From Gekko japonicus (lineage: Eukaryota), in NCBI RefSeq assembly GCF_001447785.1, contig NW_015165858.1, positions 434,001 to 498,000 of the forward strand: a stretch of 64,000 nucleotides of DNA, written 5' to 3'. Numbering within the stretch: the stretch's first letter is position 1; the number at the start of each line of letters is the position of its first letter. Under the pieces are notes generated by a model, which saw only the letters and a program-made list of their open reading frames with translations, ran no database searches and was not told the origin of the DNA. Of the stretch, positions 13,878 through 26,476 are shown in pieces. The translations under genes and the position numbers were made by a program.

Positions 13878-14086
13878 AGCCAGTGTGGTGTAGTGCTCAG
13901 AGCACAGGACTAGGATCTGGGAGACCTGGGTTCAAATCCACACTCTGCCCTGGTGGCTTGTTGGGACAGTCACACACTTTCAGCCTAACCTACCTCACAG
14001 GGTTGTTGGGAGGATAAAATGGAAGAATAAGTGTAAGCTGCTTTGGGTGCCCCATTGGAGAGAAAAGTGGGGTACTAGTAAATAAA
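13878..14086 (+). mobile_element. Older Squam3/MIR-like SINE (similar decayed copies ~49770-49980 + and ~59200-59430 -)
   Basis: tRNA head (GGTTCAAATCC), CCTCACAGGGTTGTTG..AGGATAAAATGG core, TAAA tail. Confidence 0.7.
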
Positions 14087-14439
14087 AGGGATAGTGAGAT
14101 TACAATACAGTTACTTACTGATCAAGTCAAATGCAGCCCTTCTCAACTGTAGACTCTCTTCCACTTCACTTTTGAATCCCTTGTGACAAATTATCCACCC
14201 CGCCTTGTGCTCAGCCCTGTTAGAACTGGTTCTAAACCAAGTTACACCCGTTTGCCAACAACTACCGACTTACCCAACCTGATTATCAGAGTCATGTACG
14301 TGAAGAAAGATTTCGCTGCTTTCTTGCATCGTCATCGAACAGAAGTATGTCACTATTCAGAAACACATCCAACGTCTGCCTGAGTCATATACTCTTCCAC
14401 ATTGGTGAGACTCAGTTTTTCAAATGGCTCAATTCTGAG

Positions 14440-14656
14440 TGGGGTTGCCAGCTCCGGATTGGGAAATACCTGGAGATGTTAGGGTGGAGCCTGAGGAGAG
14501 CGGTGTTTGGGGAGGGAGGGACTTCCACAGTGCATAATGCCATAGAGTCTACTTTCCAAAGCAGCCATTTTCTCCAGGTGAACTGATCTGTGTCATCTGG
14601 AGATCAGACATAATAGCAGGAGATCTCCAAAGAACACCTGGAGCTTGGCGACCCAA
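14440..14656. mobile_element. Blackjack-like hAT MITE
   Basis: TGGGGTTGCCA ... TGGCGACCCAA termini; internal segments also present inside both Helitrons. Confidence 0.65.
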
Positions 14657-15119
14657 GTTCTGGGGTATCAAATTTTTTAAGAAATAAAAAATAAAACAAG
14701 TTTGGCAACACAGCAATGTTTGGTCTGCAAACACTGTTGCGAAGCCCAATGTTCTGTTATCGAGAGAGAGAGAAAGGGAGAGACGCAGGTGCTTAATTAA
14801 TTCTCAACAGCTCGGCCCACCTAGGCAGGAAGCAGGCTTTGCACAATGGTTTAACTCAATGGTGTTCCAGAGAAGACCCGTTCATTTCCTCTTCTTACCA
14901 CATGAATGGTAATCATTCATTCCTCTGGGGAACAAGAAAACACTGCGCTTGGGGACACCGCAAACTTGCCCTTGCCCTTTCTGCTGTAATGCTGCAAGGC
15001 CCAGCTCTCACTCATAGGGATTCCCTAAATCACACACACACAAACACACACAATGTGTATCTGTGCACAGAGTACACCAAGATTGGTGGGGGGAGAACTG
15101 TGGAAAGATGGCTGCCTTG

Positions 15120-15416
15120 CCGTTTTAAGATTCAGGCTGAGCTTTCATCTCTCTCCTGCCGCAGGTACAAGCCGAAGGGCTTTGGGGGCTTAAAACTGTG
15201 AACATACAACAACAGTACAGCACACAGTAAAAAGTAGCAAAGAATAACCAAAAACAACAACAACTGTGAGGTACCGTTTAAGATTCAGGCTGAGCTTCCA
15301 TCTCTCTCCTGCTGCAGGTATAAGCCAAAGGGCTTTGGGGCCTTAAAACTGTGAACATACACAGCACACAGTAAAAAGTAGCAAAGAATAACCAAAAACA
15401 ACAACAACTGTGAGGT
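15120..15416. repeat. Tandem duplication, ~2 x 150 bp
   Basis: Units 15120-15272 and 15274-15416; ~10-bp indel and a few substitutions. Confidence 0.92.
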
Positions 15417-16675
15417 GAATTTCCCGCAAAATATTCACAAAGGAGACTTCATCAAAGTGAAATGCATCTATTGTCTGGAATAAATCTATCCATATAATCT
15501 ATCATAGGAAAATCAGAAGCCAAAAAGTCCAACACTTTTCCTAGGAAAACGCAGAAGCCAAAGAATAAATATACAAGATAAATACCCAAAAAGTCCAACA
15601 CTTTTCCTAGGTATTGTTCAGTGTTTTGGACTTCTGGTCCTTCCTCAGGAACAGAGAACAACTACTGAGAGTCTCATTCCATCTCCTTTTAAGATAATGT
15701 TTTTCTATTACTTCAACATTGGGAAAGGTCTCTTTAGCTCTAATAAGCACCCCTAAAGGCTGCTTCAATATATCAGGACCAAAACATGCCTTTAGGGGTA
15801 CGGGAAATTCAGCTCACAGTTGTTTTTTGTTATTCTTTGCCTTAAAACTGTGACCTTGACGGACCATCCTCATGGATACCAGACCAGGCTGTTCCATGTA
15901 CCTCCCCTCCCCCCTTTTAGTTACTTTATTTTGGTTCATTTAAATTATTTAAATCGTATGAGTATTTTTGGCAGCTGGGGGGGAAAGGGTGATAAATGCT
16001 CTAAAATAAATTCCTTGCAGGGGGTCTTGGCAATCCATATTCCTTCCCTCCCTAGACATGCCATTATCAAAATAACACACATTTCTGCTGGTTAACCACA
16101 CAGTCCGGATGTTTCAATCTATTTTCTCTCAAGGATTCTAATTTTAATTTTGCTGCCAGCCCCGGGGGGGCAGGGGGGAGTTGACCAGCTCCAAACCTTT
16201 TCTCAAAATAGACTATATAATTTACTTTGGAAGCCATATTGAGGACAATACAGGACGTGTGTCTAAATCTAAGTTTTATACTTCTCCCTAGTTTAGAAAC
16301 CAATTTAGTTTTCAGGAAGTTCTTCAAGGGCTTGAGGGAAGATGCACATTGCATGTATTTTTGCAAGAAACGCAAGCAATTGTGGTTAAGATTCAAAAGG
16401 AAACCAGTGCAACCTCAAAACAAAAAAGAAAAACAGTTAGCACTACCCTCTCCTTAACTTTACTTAGAAGCATATAATCAACTGGCCTCAGAGACACACC
16501 TGAACTTTGCATAAGTCAAGCATAATCTCCTTTAGACCACTTCCTATGAACAACAGAAGAAACCTTATAGGAAAATACTCTAGCGCCTATTCCAGGAATC
16601 TACAACCTCACTTTATAACTACATAAAATCAGGTAGAATTGGCCAGGCTAGCCAGCAGTATCTTTGATTACCCCC

Positions 16676-17408
16676 CAGCCCTGTAGCTGTCAACATTTTG
16701 CTCGGGGGGGGGGCAATTTTTTACTCAGGGGGCCAGTCATTGTATATCTGTGTGGAGCTATGCACATTCTCCCCCTCCCCCATTGGACTGTGCTGGTTTG
16801 GGTGGGGCTGTTCAGCTAACTGCAAGCCAATGTACTTTGGAGCTGTGGCGTGTATGGCTGGAATCGGGTGCCTTGTCCCGTACAATGACTTCCTTGTGAG
16901 GGCTGTGGAGAATAGCCTAGCCTTCCCCACACTTTTGCAACGTTGCCGTCTCAGGTGCCCCTGCCAGTGCCCGCTCCAGGCGGCTGCTTAGGAAGGTGCC
17001 CTTAGCAGCGCCTGTGGCACAGCCCTCTTTCAGGTGATCCTGCCTCCCTTCCCCCAGCCATCCCCATTAGTGGCTCAGGCTGGGAGGGGCTCCCTCGCTT
17101 GAGCTTCTCCTTCTCTCTCCCTCCACTCCCGGCATTGGGGAGGTCACTTGTCAATCACACAACACACACACGCCTCCCCCAGCACATAGGATTGTCCTTC
17201 TGCAAATACGGAGATTCATCCACCTCTCCCTGGTTGCAGGAGATGGTCTTGCAAGATTGGACCTGTGATCTTATGCAGCCCCTGTTTTGCCAACAGGCAC
17301 GCAGCTACTGTGGGGCTCAGGGAGAGGAGAAATCAAGGCTCAGGGTTGGGGCCCCAGAAGAAATGCTAGGGGACTGGGCCCCATGGGCCCGCGTTAGCTA
17401 CGGGCCTG
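16676..17408. mobile_element. Non-autonomous hAT element (~730 bp)
   Basis: TIR CAGCCCTGTAGCT / AGCTACGGGCCTG; TSD TTACCCCC/TTACCCCA. Confidence 0.65.
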
Positions 17409-17593
17409 TTACCCCAACACTGCATACTTTTATTCCTGTGCTTTTCTCACAATTTGGGAGCCCTACATATTATAACTGGTCACAGCAATTGACAGTATAG
17501 AAGTAAAAGCTGCAATCTAATCACTGCTGGAAAATAGGAGATTGTTGAAAGGGTAGAGACTTTAGAAGTCAGGAATGTCACCAGTGGCAAGAT

Positions 17594-17884
17594 AGAAGAA
17601 TAGAAGAGAAGAGACTGGATTTATACCCCGCCCTTCACCACCCAAGGGAATCTCAGAGCAGCTTACAAGCTCCTTTCCCTTCCCCTCCCCAGAACAGACA
17701 CCCTGTGAGGTAGGTGGGGCTGGGAGAGCTCTGACAGAAACTGCTCTTTTTTTCAAGAACAGCTGTGCCAGAACTATGGCTTGCCCAAGGTCATCCAGGA
17801 GGTGCCTGTGAAGGAGTGGTGAATCAAACCTGGTTCTCCCAGATTATAGTCCACGCACTTAACCACTACACCAAACTGGCTCTC
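17594..17884 (-). mobile_element. tRNA-derived SINE (Squam3-like)
   Basis: Full-length similarity to the 3645 copy. Confidence 0.85.
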
Positions 17885-18539
17885 TCTAGTGCTATCTCTT
17901 ACGATCTGTTACAGACAAAGTAAGTCAGAAAAGGCACCGTCCGGTGACATGCAGAAGAGGATAAATCTGACCAAATTCTAATAACTTTAAAATGTGGTAC
18001 AAGATGTTCATCATACTTATAAAAAGAGATTCTCATGCGTATTTATACTATTTCCGCATCATTCTGCATAGCCAGGGCCACTTAACAGGACAACTAAAGC
18101 TAACTTACAAAACAATGCAAGCATCTGAACTGACACATGTGGTAAAGTGTTTAAACATTACTCACGATTGCATGGATTTGCCAACAAGGGGGAAAGGCTT
18201 TCAGGAGCTACCCATCGGTGTTAAATACCACACAAACTGATTCTTGGTGGCCATAATTATATTTTGAACTGATTTGTTCACCAAATGAGCCTAAGCTTCT
18301 TGTATATTCCCTCTCCATGCTTTTAACGGTCTTTCTTCTGCCCCTGTACAATGCCTTGCCTCTTAACATAACAGCAACACCATCTGTCGCTATATTTAAG
18401 CAGTCATTAATGGATCCATCTCTTTTCTCAGGCTTTTGATTCTCTGAATCTCCACCAACCACCATCACCAGTGTGAGTTATGCTCCCCTGGCTGTGGGGG
18501 CAACATCTGTCTCTGGGGTGGGCACATGGGGTGCATGTA

Positions 18540-18676
18540 CCGTGTTTCCCCGAAAATAAGACACTGTCATATATTTATTTTTTCTCAAGAAGACACACTA
18601 GGGCTTATACCACAAATGCATAGAAATCCTGCTGGGGCTTATTTTTGGGGTAGGTCTTATTTTCGGGGAAACAGGG
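18540..18676. mobile_element. 137-bp Tc1/mariner-superfamily (Tc2/pogo-like) MITE
   Basis: 23-bp TIR CCGTGTTTCCCCGAAAATAAGAC, TA TSD; near-identical inverted copy at 53137-53273. Confidence 0.85.
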
Positions 18677-19519
18677 TATATGTGTCTCACCGATTTCCAA
18701 TGATGCTCCCTACCAGCTGCAGCTCTCCCTGTGCCACGCTGCAGGCTATTTTGAAGGATCTCTGAACCCCCAAGAGTTTTTCCCCCCCCAAAGGGAAATT
18801 GCTGTGGGCACACAGAAAGCGATGAGTGGTAGTTTGTTCCAAGCAGATCTGATCCTTCTTCACTGTACTACACATAAGGAGCTTGTGAAATCTCTTTAAA
18901 ATGAAAGTAGCATGACAAAAACCAGCAGGCTTTCCTCTGTCACACAGCAACACTCTACCATCATCTGAATCATTTTAAAAAGATATTTTCTTTAAAGGAT
19001 GGCTACCACTCATTGGTGGTGGGACTGTGGGGGGGGGGGTTTTGAGGGCAGCTGCAACAAGGACATATTTAATCAAACACAGAATTCGTTTTTCTGAAAT
19101 CTAGTTCACTGGTGGTGGGAATTCCCAGGGATTATATGTTGAAGTGGCAAAAACTATTTCTTCTCAGCAATCTCTTTAATCCATGACATGTGGATAGTGA
19201 AAGGATATTATCCCAGCAGAACAAGCCATGGATAGAAGTGGTAACTTTGCTAAATCAGTGGCTAGTGCGAGTATCGTTCTAAAGAGAAAGGGAGTGGGGA
19301 AGAAAGTCACCTCTAGTCCCAAGAAGTCTGAAGGCAAGCAGAGCAAGACTACTAGAAAAGTCAACAGATCTATATTCAAGCACTGCCTGGAACACAGGCT
19401 GCTGGGAAGCTAGAAGTAGGCCAATCCAAACTCTTCCAAGGAAGGGAAAGATGATCATCATTATCATCACAACTAACTTTTTTGCCTCAGTAAACCCTAA
19501 GTTGACAAACTATTAAAGG

Positions 19520-19748
19520 AGTAGAAAAGAGCAGGAGTCCAGTAGCAACTTAAAGACTAACAAAATTTGTGGCAGCGAACGAGCTTTCATGGGTCACTGT
19601 TCACTTCCTCAAATACTGAATATTCAGACACTGAATGTCAATTCATGAGTCACTGCTCTCTTCTTCAGATATTGAAGTCTTGCTCTTTTCTACTGCTCTT
19701 GCTATTTTCTACTGCTACAGACAGACTAACACGGCTACCCATCTTGAT
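19520..19748. mobile_element. PLE fold-back remnant (second subfamily) with two decayed hammerhead motifs (-)
   Basis: Homologous to the 8331 copy; ends ACAGACTAACACGGCTACCCATCTTGA. Confidence 0.65.
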
Positions 19749-19864
19749 CGATTCTCCTAGTGAAGGAGAAAAACCTAAATTTAAAATAAAGATTACAGTG
19801 CAGTTATGCTGGATAGAGAGGTGTTTTCCCCTATTATTAGATGGATGGTTAGGAGCTTTCCTCT

Positions 19865-19889
19865 CCCCCCCCCCCCCCCCCCCCCCCCC
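19865..19889. repeat. Poly-C run (25 nt); poly-G run (20 nt) at 49132-49151
   Basis: Direct reading. Confidence 0.9.
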
Positions 19890-21337
19890 GCCACTGCTGA
19901 AGTTAAATTCACTGTTTAATTTATTCACTTTACTTACACGATTGTGGATCAACATTTGCAACACTATCTTCTGTGAAAGATGCCCTATTCCTAGCTGGAA
20001 TGGTGGGATGCGGCAATTACTTCCCTTTGGCCCCTTCCCACCTTATCTAATGCAAACACACACATGTTTCTACCTACTCAGCACTGCTTATTTTAGAAAA
20101 AGTAACCACTGGAAAGTTTTTAGTTTATTTGCTTCTCTCAACGTGGTCTACCAAGTAGAAACAAGGCAGAAGACAAGGCCCAAATGAACCCCCCACCAAT
20201 GGATGATTTGAACTATTTGCCTCTTACAGAGTTTGAGATCTCAACAGTGGCAGATTATAGACACAAATGTAAGTATTTCTCCAAATTTGCCTGGGGACTA
20301 TAGCATTGTGGCTTAGCTTTCATATTGTACTGGTTCATCTTTTCAGAGGTTGAATGGCACAATAAGCATATATGCACCACATGAGGAAAAACAGCCACAT
20401 TTTGTGTCCATTTCAGGTCACAAAAAGTGCATTGAGGGAGTCCAACCTAATGCAACATTTCCAAACTGAATCAGAGGCTATGGGTGCCTACTGTTTAAAA
20501 GCTGGAAAACTCCATTCATGGAATATTCAGCATCATATGGCACTTGGGGGGGAGCTGCTGCTGCAGCCCTGATTTAGCTACCCCCCCCCCAACAAAGATG
20601 GTAAAAATCAGAGAGACAGGATTGCTACCTGCTCATAATCTATAGGAAGAAGAGCAGACCACTGAGGCTCTGGAGAATGACAAGGTGCCAGGAGCAATAT
20701 TTTCCCCAAGACTTCCATCGAGACACTTACCTGCAGGGGCAAGCTTCAGGTATTTTGTCACCTCAAATAAAGAACACCCATCACCTCCAGGGTCCATGTG
20801 GCCTCTAGCTTGGTCCAAACCAAGCCCTTGCAGCATTGCTAGTCGTCCCTTGTGCTGCCAGCAGCTAGCAGCTAGCAGCAAGAAGAACCCCCTGTGGTCC
20901 ATTGGCAGTCGCCTCCCTGTGCCAACCCCAAGCAGTTGCTTCAATGGTCTGGACAGAGAACCTGCTCATCAGTTATAAAATGTTCCAAGGGGGCATCCCC
21001 TTAACTTTCCTAGTGGCAATTTAATCTGCAGTTTTCAAACCAGTGATATAGCTTTTGACAGGACAGGCAGAGAGAGAGAGAGAAATTAAATGAATGGTGG
21101 TCATGCACTTACTTGGCAGAAATTAAGGAGCTGCTCTCAGAATGTGACCGGGATAGGAGCAAAGCTCGCTCAAAGGGATAGGCCTCTACAACTATGGACA
21201 CAATGGAGGAGGGTCCAAAACACACAAATGTATCACTTTCTTCCTCCAAATTTAAAATTATTTAAATTTATGCAAACCATACAATGACAGCACATTTTTT
21301 TAAAGATGTAAAAGCAAGAACAGCCCTATTAACCCAG

Positions 21338-21540
21338 ACTAGCCTGATCCCATCAGAGCCTGGAAGCTAAGCAAGGTCAGTACTTGGATGGGAGATCACT
21401 GAGGAAAACCAGAGCTGCTCTGCAGAGGAAGGAAATGGCAAACTGCCTCTGCCCAGCTCTTGCCCTTGGAAACCCCATAAGGTGGGACTTTGCGGGGTCA
21501 CCATGAGTAGTTTGTAACTCAACAGCATGCTTTACCTTCA
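21338..21540 (+). mobile_element. 5S rRNA-derived SINE (SINE3; 5S-Sauria-like)
   Basis: 5S internal promoter boxes AGCTAAGCAAGG and AGTACTTGGATGGGAGA, then an RTE/Sauria-like 3' part GAGGAAGGAAATGGCAAAC...GGGGTCACCATGAGT. Confidence 0.7.
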
Positions 21541-22075
21541 AAAGCAAGAAGTTAAGAATGCTCTAGAAAATTAACTACTGGTAATAAATCTTATGAAGAT
21601 TAAAAAGCCTGAATTAAAAGCCTTAAGAACAGCAAACACAGATTTGTAAATATGTCACAGAAACACACCTGTAAAGCAAGAGAGAACACCAATTATACAT
21701 TCTTGCTCCCACTGTTAGTGCCAGTCATCCATAAACTGTGTAATATTACATAAGTAAGTAGAAGAGACTAAAGAGAGAAAAGTATGCTAAAATGGAAAAG
21801 AAGCAATTAAGTATGATACTTAAACCCATTCACTCATTTTTCTTATTTTTTTTCCATTAAAGCAAACTATACCCATAACATTCAATCCAGTGGAAAGCAC
21901 CTCCTCTTTAGAAGGGGGCATGTGCCCAACCTGCCACAGAAAACTGTTCTTTGCCAAGCTTAACAAGGATTTAAAGGCAATCATCACAGTGGGGGGGGGA
22001 GAGCAGGTTTTTCTTTATTAACTTCTCTTGCTTCCCTGAATCCACCTCTCTGTTCAACCTTGCATGGAAAGAATA

Positions 22076-22976
22076 TCTCCTTATATATAATTCTGTTTTG
22101 GTCATGGACTCTCCTGAACATTCCACATGCTCCCAAATCAGTTCGCTTCCTGATCTGTCACTCAGAAGCTGCCCCTATCCACTGGCTGCGTTGCCTGAGT
22201 CTCGCCTCCAATATTCTAAACAGTTTGCTGTTCCTCTCCCCTCAATAGCCAGCCGGAACACAGAGGTCATTTGCATATGCGGCCTGATTGGCCTGTGCCT
22301 CTAACATGCTAAACAATTTGTTGTTGCGAGTCACTGAATGTGTCCTGAGGTAAAATACATATCCCAATTTTCCCTTAAACGGTCATTGAAGTTGCCAAAA
22401 TACATATCCCAATCTTCCCTTAAACTGTCACTGGAGTTGCCAATCTCCCTGTAGGGCCTGGATATCTCCCAGAAATCACCGTGTTCCCCAGCCACAACAT
22501 ATCAATTGGGCAATGGACTCTATGGAATTATACCCTGCTGAGGTCCATCCGCACCCCAAACCCTGCCCTCCCCAGGCTCTACCCCTCAAATCTACAGGTA
22601 TTTCCCAACCCAGAGTTGGCAATCCTGTAACTGGCTATGGAACCACTTTCCAGACCCTTGGAACCCAGAAGACATGGCATAGGAGGAGGTGCTTTTCTAC
22701 CTTAGCTGCCACTACATAACCCCAAATCAACGTAAGTCAGGGATGGAGGGAACCATACCTGTTACCATGAGGCTGTCCTCCCATGCTACCCACTTGGGGC
22801 AGCAAAATGACTTGAGACAGCCCTGCCTTATAGCTAAGCAGAAGGAAATAAACATGGCTTGCCTGCCTCTATTTTCCCCTTCCCTCTGCCACCCCACCAT
22901 CCACAGTCAGGACACTCACCTGGAGCTTCCTTCTAGAGCTCGTTGTATTTCTTCCTACAACGAACCTTACTCCTAG
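22076..22976 (+). mobile_element. Non-autonomous Helitron
   Basis: A|TCTCCTTATATATAA start; hairpin TCGTTGTA(22940-47)/TACAACGA(22956-63) 9 nt before CTAG|T. Confidence 0.8.
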
Positions 22977-23785
22977 TACATTAATATAACCAAACACATG
23001 TTTTCTATTTGGTGTATAAGTGTAATACACATACCACCATGGACTCCTTGGAGGAAAAGCAGAATAAAAATGTACTAGACGGTATGCACATGCCACTGTA
23101 TTTTCTCTTTATGTTTTATATCTCCTGGTGCAGGTCACTGTAATACTTGTCCACAAGGCCTGAAGCATGGATGTATCCAGCAATAAAGCCAGCACATTAG
23201 CCCCACTTAAGCTTCTGGTGTACGGGCTGGTCTCTTGTAATGTTAGAAACGGTTCACCAAGATTGTTAACAGCTGAAGAATGGTTAGGGAATTCAACTAC
23301 TGAGTCAGCACAGCTGCTTTGTAGGGAGGTAGCAAGTTGAGCTTGTCTTCTCTATCCAAAGCTCGGTTTTTAATTTTTTTTCTGTTCAAACCACACAGGA
23401 GGGGAAATGGATTTGGCAGGAAGGGGAGAGGCAAAGCTGCTGTAGTGGCGGAGGGACTCTCCTAGGTTCATCCCCAGCAACACAGAACATATTTGCTTTG
23501 CTTTCACTCTGTGGTCCCCATTTTAAAATGGCTCGTATTTGGTTTTGAAACTGAAATTTTAAATATTTAAAAATATTTTAGATCAGAAATCTTACATGTA
23601 TATATGTTCCTGGTGTTTCTGGTGGGATTCCAAGATCTCTAATTTCAACATCTTATTTTCTGGAACTTTAAGTTTGTTTGTTTCTATATAAGCCTGAATC
23701 TTTGCCCCACATATTAGTTGTGGGGAACATTTGCTGTGAATACCTTGAAATCAGGGAGAACTCAAATCACCAACTTTACTTCTTG

Positions 23786-24169
23786 CAAGGTAAAATATTA
23801 TCTGGAAGGATCTCAAGTCTCTTAACTTTGCCAAAACAGGCCAACAAGCCCAATACCTTTTTTTTGAGAACCTTAGCACCAAATAATTGAAATTATGAGT
23901 GCTCATCCATCAAAAAACACTTTGTGGAGGGGGGAATGATCACATCAAAAGCTGTCTGGGGATTTTAGTAATTAACCCAAGGTAAAATATTATCTGGAAG
24001 GATCTCAAGTCTCTTAACTTTGCCAAAACAGGCCAACAAGCCCAATACCTTTTTTTTGAGAACCTTAGCACCAAATAATTGAAATTATGAGTGCTCATCC
24101 ATCAAAAAACACTTTGTGGAGGGTGGAATGATCACATCAAAAGCTGTCTGTGGATTTTAGTAATTAACC
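23786..24169. repeat. Tandem duplication, 2 x 192 bp
   Basis: Units 23786-23977 and 23978-24169 differ at 2 positions. Confidence 0.95.
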
Positions 24170-26476
24170 GTTAATTGCTCTTTTACATACCATCCTCAAA
24201 TCCCTAAGCAATGTCTCACGCCTGCTTCCACCATCAACAATAAAACCATGTCTTCCAATTACAGCAGTATGGAAAATCTGTGAAGCAGGACTGTGATGGT
24301 ATAATCTTTTTAAACTGTAGTACCATTTTTAACAAATAAACTGAAGAATAGAACCAAAATGCAAGACTGTTAAACATTTCTGGGACTTCAAAACTTCCTA
24401 TGTAAGCTAATCTTCAAAGCCAAGCTTGATTCTGCTAAACAGACCAATAGAAGGTTTCTTGCCCAGAATAAACTACATCAGTCACCACTGGTACATCATA
24501 GTTTTATCCACACGTACTCCCAGTTTGTCCTGGATCAAAAAGGCTGCATTTAACGGTTTCACAGATTTACAACCATATTGAAAAGTCTGAGTACAGAACT
24601 CTGGCGACTGTACTTGTGCTTTTCCTCAATCCTGTATGTTGGTCCCCAAAGACCATATTCAGTCCAGCCCATTGTTCTAGCTTGTTCAATAACAAGGAAG
24701 AATGCAATAGAAGAATAGGATAACTGGGCAATAATTCCTTGTGTTACTTTTACAGAACACAGGAACTACAGTGTTCATTTCTCATACCTTATAAACCTTG
24801 CTAAAGCATTCATAGATGGGGGGTGAAGCAGAAACAGGCAAAACAGTTAATTCTTGAGCGGATATTCTTCAAAAAGATCTTGGGATATCTCCCCCAAGGG
24901 CCTTGTTACACTGAAACCACTGAACTGATCTTCAGACTCTGGAAACTGAATCTGATGACTATGGTGTACTGTACGGTCCAGGCCACTTCTGAAAACTTGT
25001 TCGAAACAGGCTTCCTATGCCTGTTTCCTATCTGAATTTCCAGCCCTGTTTTGTATGTGTAAGTACCATTAGCCAAATTTTTGTGTGGGATCTCTTTCCA
25101 ACTCTCAGCTAGCCACAACAATCTGAAATGCCAGAGTTTCTTCTGCTCTTCTTTTCTAATACACATTTATATTCGTGTTGTTATTATCTTATTATCTGAC
25201 TCAGTGTTTCTGGCCTGTCTACATAATTCTGGCATGAGTCAAGACCTGAATTCTCAAGCAAATTCTGAAAGTCTCATCTCAATTTCTTAATTTGAAGCCA
25301 GCCAGTCTGCTAATAAATAAACATATTGCAATCCTCAAATGCATAATGGTCAGTATAATTTCTGTAAATGAGCTTTTGTTCTATTTATAACTTACATCCA
25401 AACAAAATCAAGTTGCATTAAGCCTAATGAGTATAGATCCCCCCCCCAAGCTACAAATAACTTGGCTGAGTTAAAAAAGAACAGTCTTTGGCAACGCAGT
25501 CAGAGAAGGAGACTGAGCAGAGAACAATCATAAGGCATAACTTCATCTTTTAGTCATTGTGCATTTACACAAGTGAGCTTTTACCAAACATTTCAAAAAT
25601 CCCCCTTTAGCTTCAACTGAGGGCTCGGCAACAGCAGCGTGCTGTCTTCAGAGAAAACAGTTCAAGGGAGAATACCCAAAGGGTGGGATGGGGGCTCAGT
25701 GGGTGTTACCCAGCCAAACATTTCTGGTGATTTTCTCACCTGATCCCTCCTTCAACAGTCCCAAATGGCCACCTTCACGCTGTTCTCCTGAGGGATCCTG
25801 ATTCGCCAGGAACAGTATTTCATAAGGCGTTGCAGGCGGGGGGGGGGGGGGGGAGACAAGAAAGTGCTCTGCAGACAGAATGCTCAGTTGCATTCAAGAC
25901 ACTGATTTAGAAGCTCACATCCAGCCCAATACCTTGACCTCTTTCGGAATAGTACAACAGCCTGCCCAGTTTCATTCGCTTTCCTTCAATGAGGAACTAT
26001 TCCAATTCAGCCACGGGAAATACGTAGAGAGTAAACTCAGTTTCACAAAATAAGGCAGAAGCCTGCCCCTTTACTGAATATTTCAAAAGGCCTGTTCCTT
26101 CCCCACATGCCCAATGTTCCGTCTTTCCAATAACGATAATATGACTCTGACTGTGGCTCTGAAACCTATATTAACAATTTCAGATTGGATGGTACTTAGA
26201 TGCACAAGCCAGGGAGGACAAGCACATATTCCCTTCCATTTTATTTTAGGCATCAACACAAATTTTCATAACCGCTTCCCCATGCCACTACAGCCCACAC
26301 ATACAAAGGTGTGAGCGCTGTTTCCTTCCCTGTTAATACCACAAATATGTGGGTAGGGCTGACTGCACCCTCCTCTTCTGCTACCATGTGACAGTTCTCC
26401 CATGGATCCAGCGCTTGGAGGGAAAAACGGGAAGACAACTGTTCATGGCCTGCCTGGACTGACCCAACTGGTATTT

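Noticed and set aside
15150-15416. Acceptor-exon-donor pattern in each tandem unit on the + strand (antisense exon or recursive splice site)
   Set aside because: Opposite to the inferred host transcript and better explained as part of the rearranged repeat block; no independent support
19567-20187. 206-aa ORF with poly-proline
   Set aside because: Chance read-through of a PLE remnant and a poly-C run; no domain resemblance
21338-21400. 5S rRNA gene
   Set aside because: Partial, internally deleted and fused to a retroposon tail
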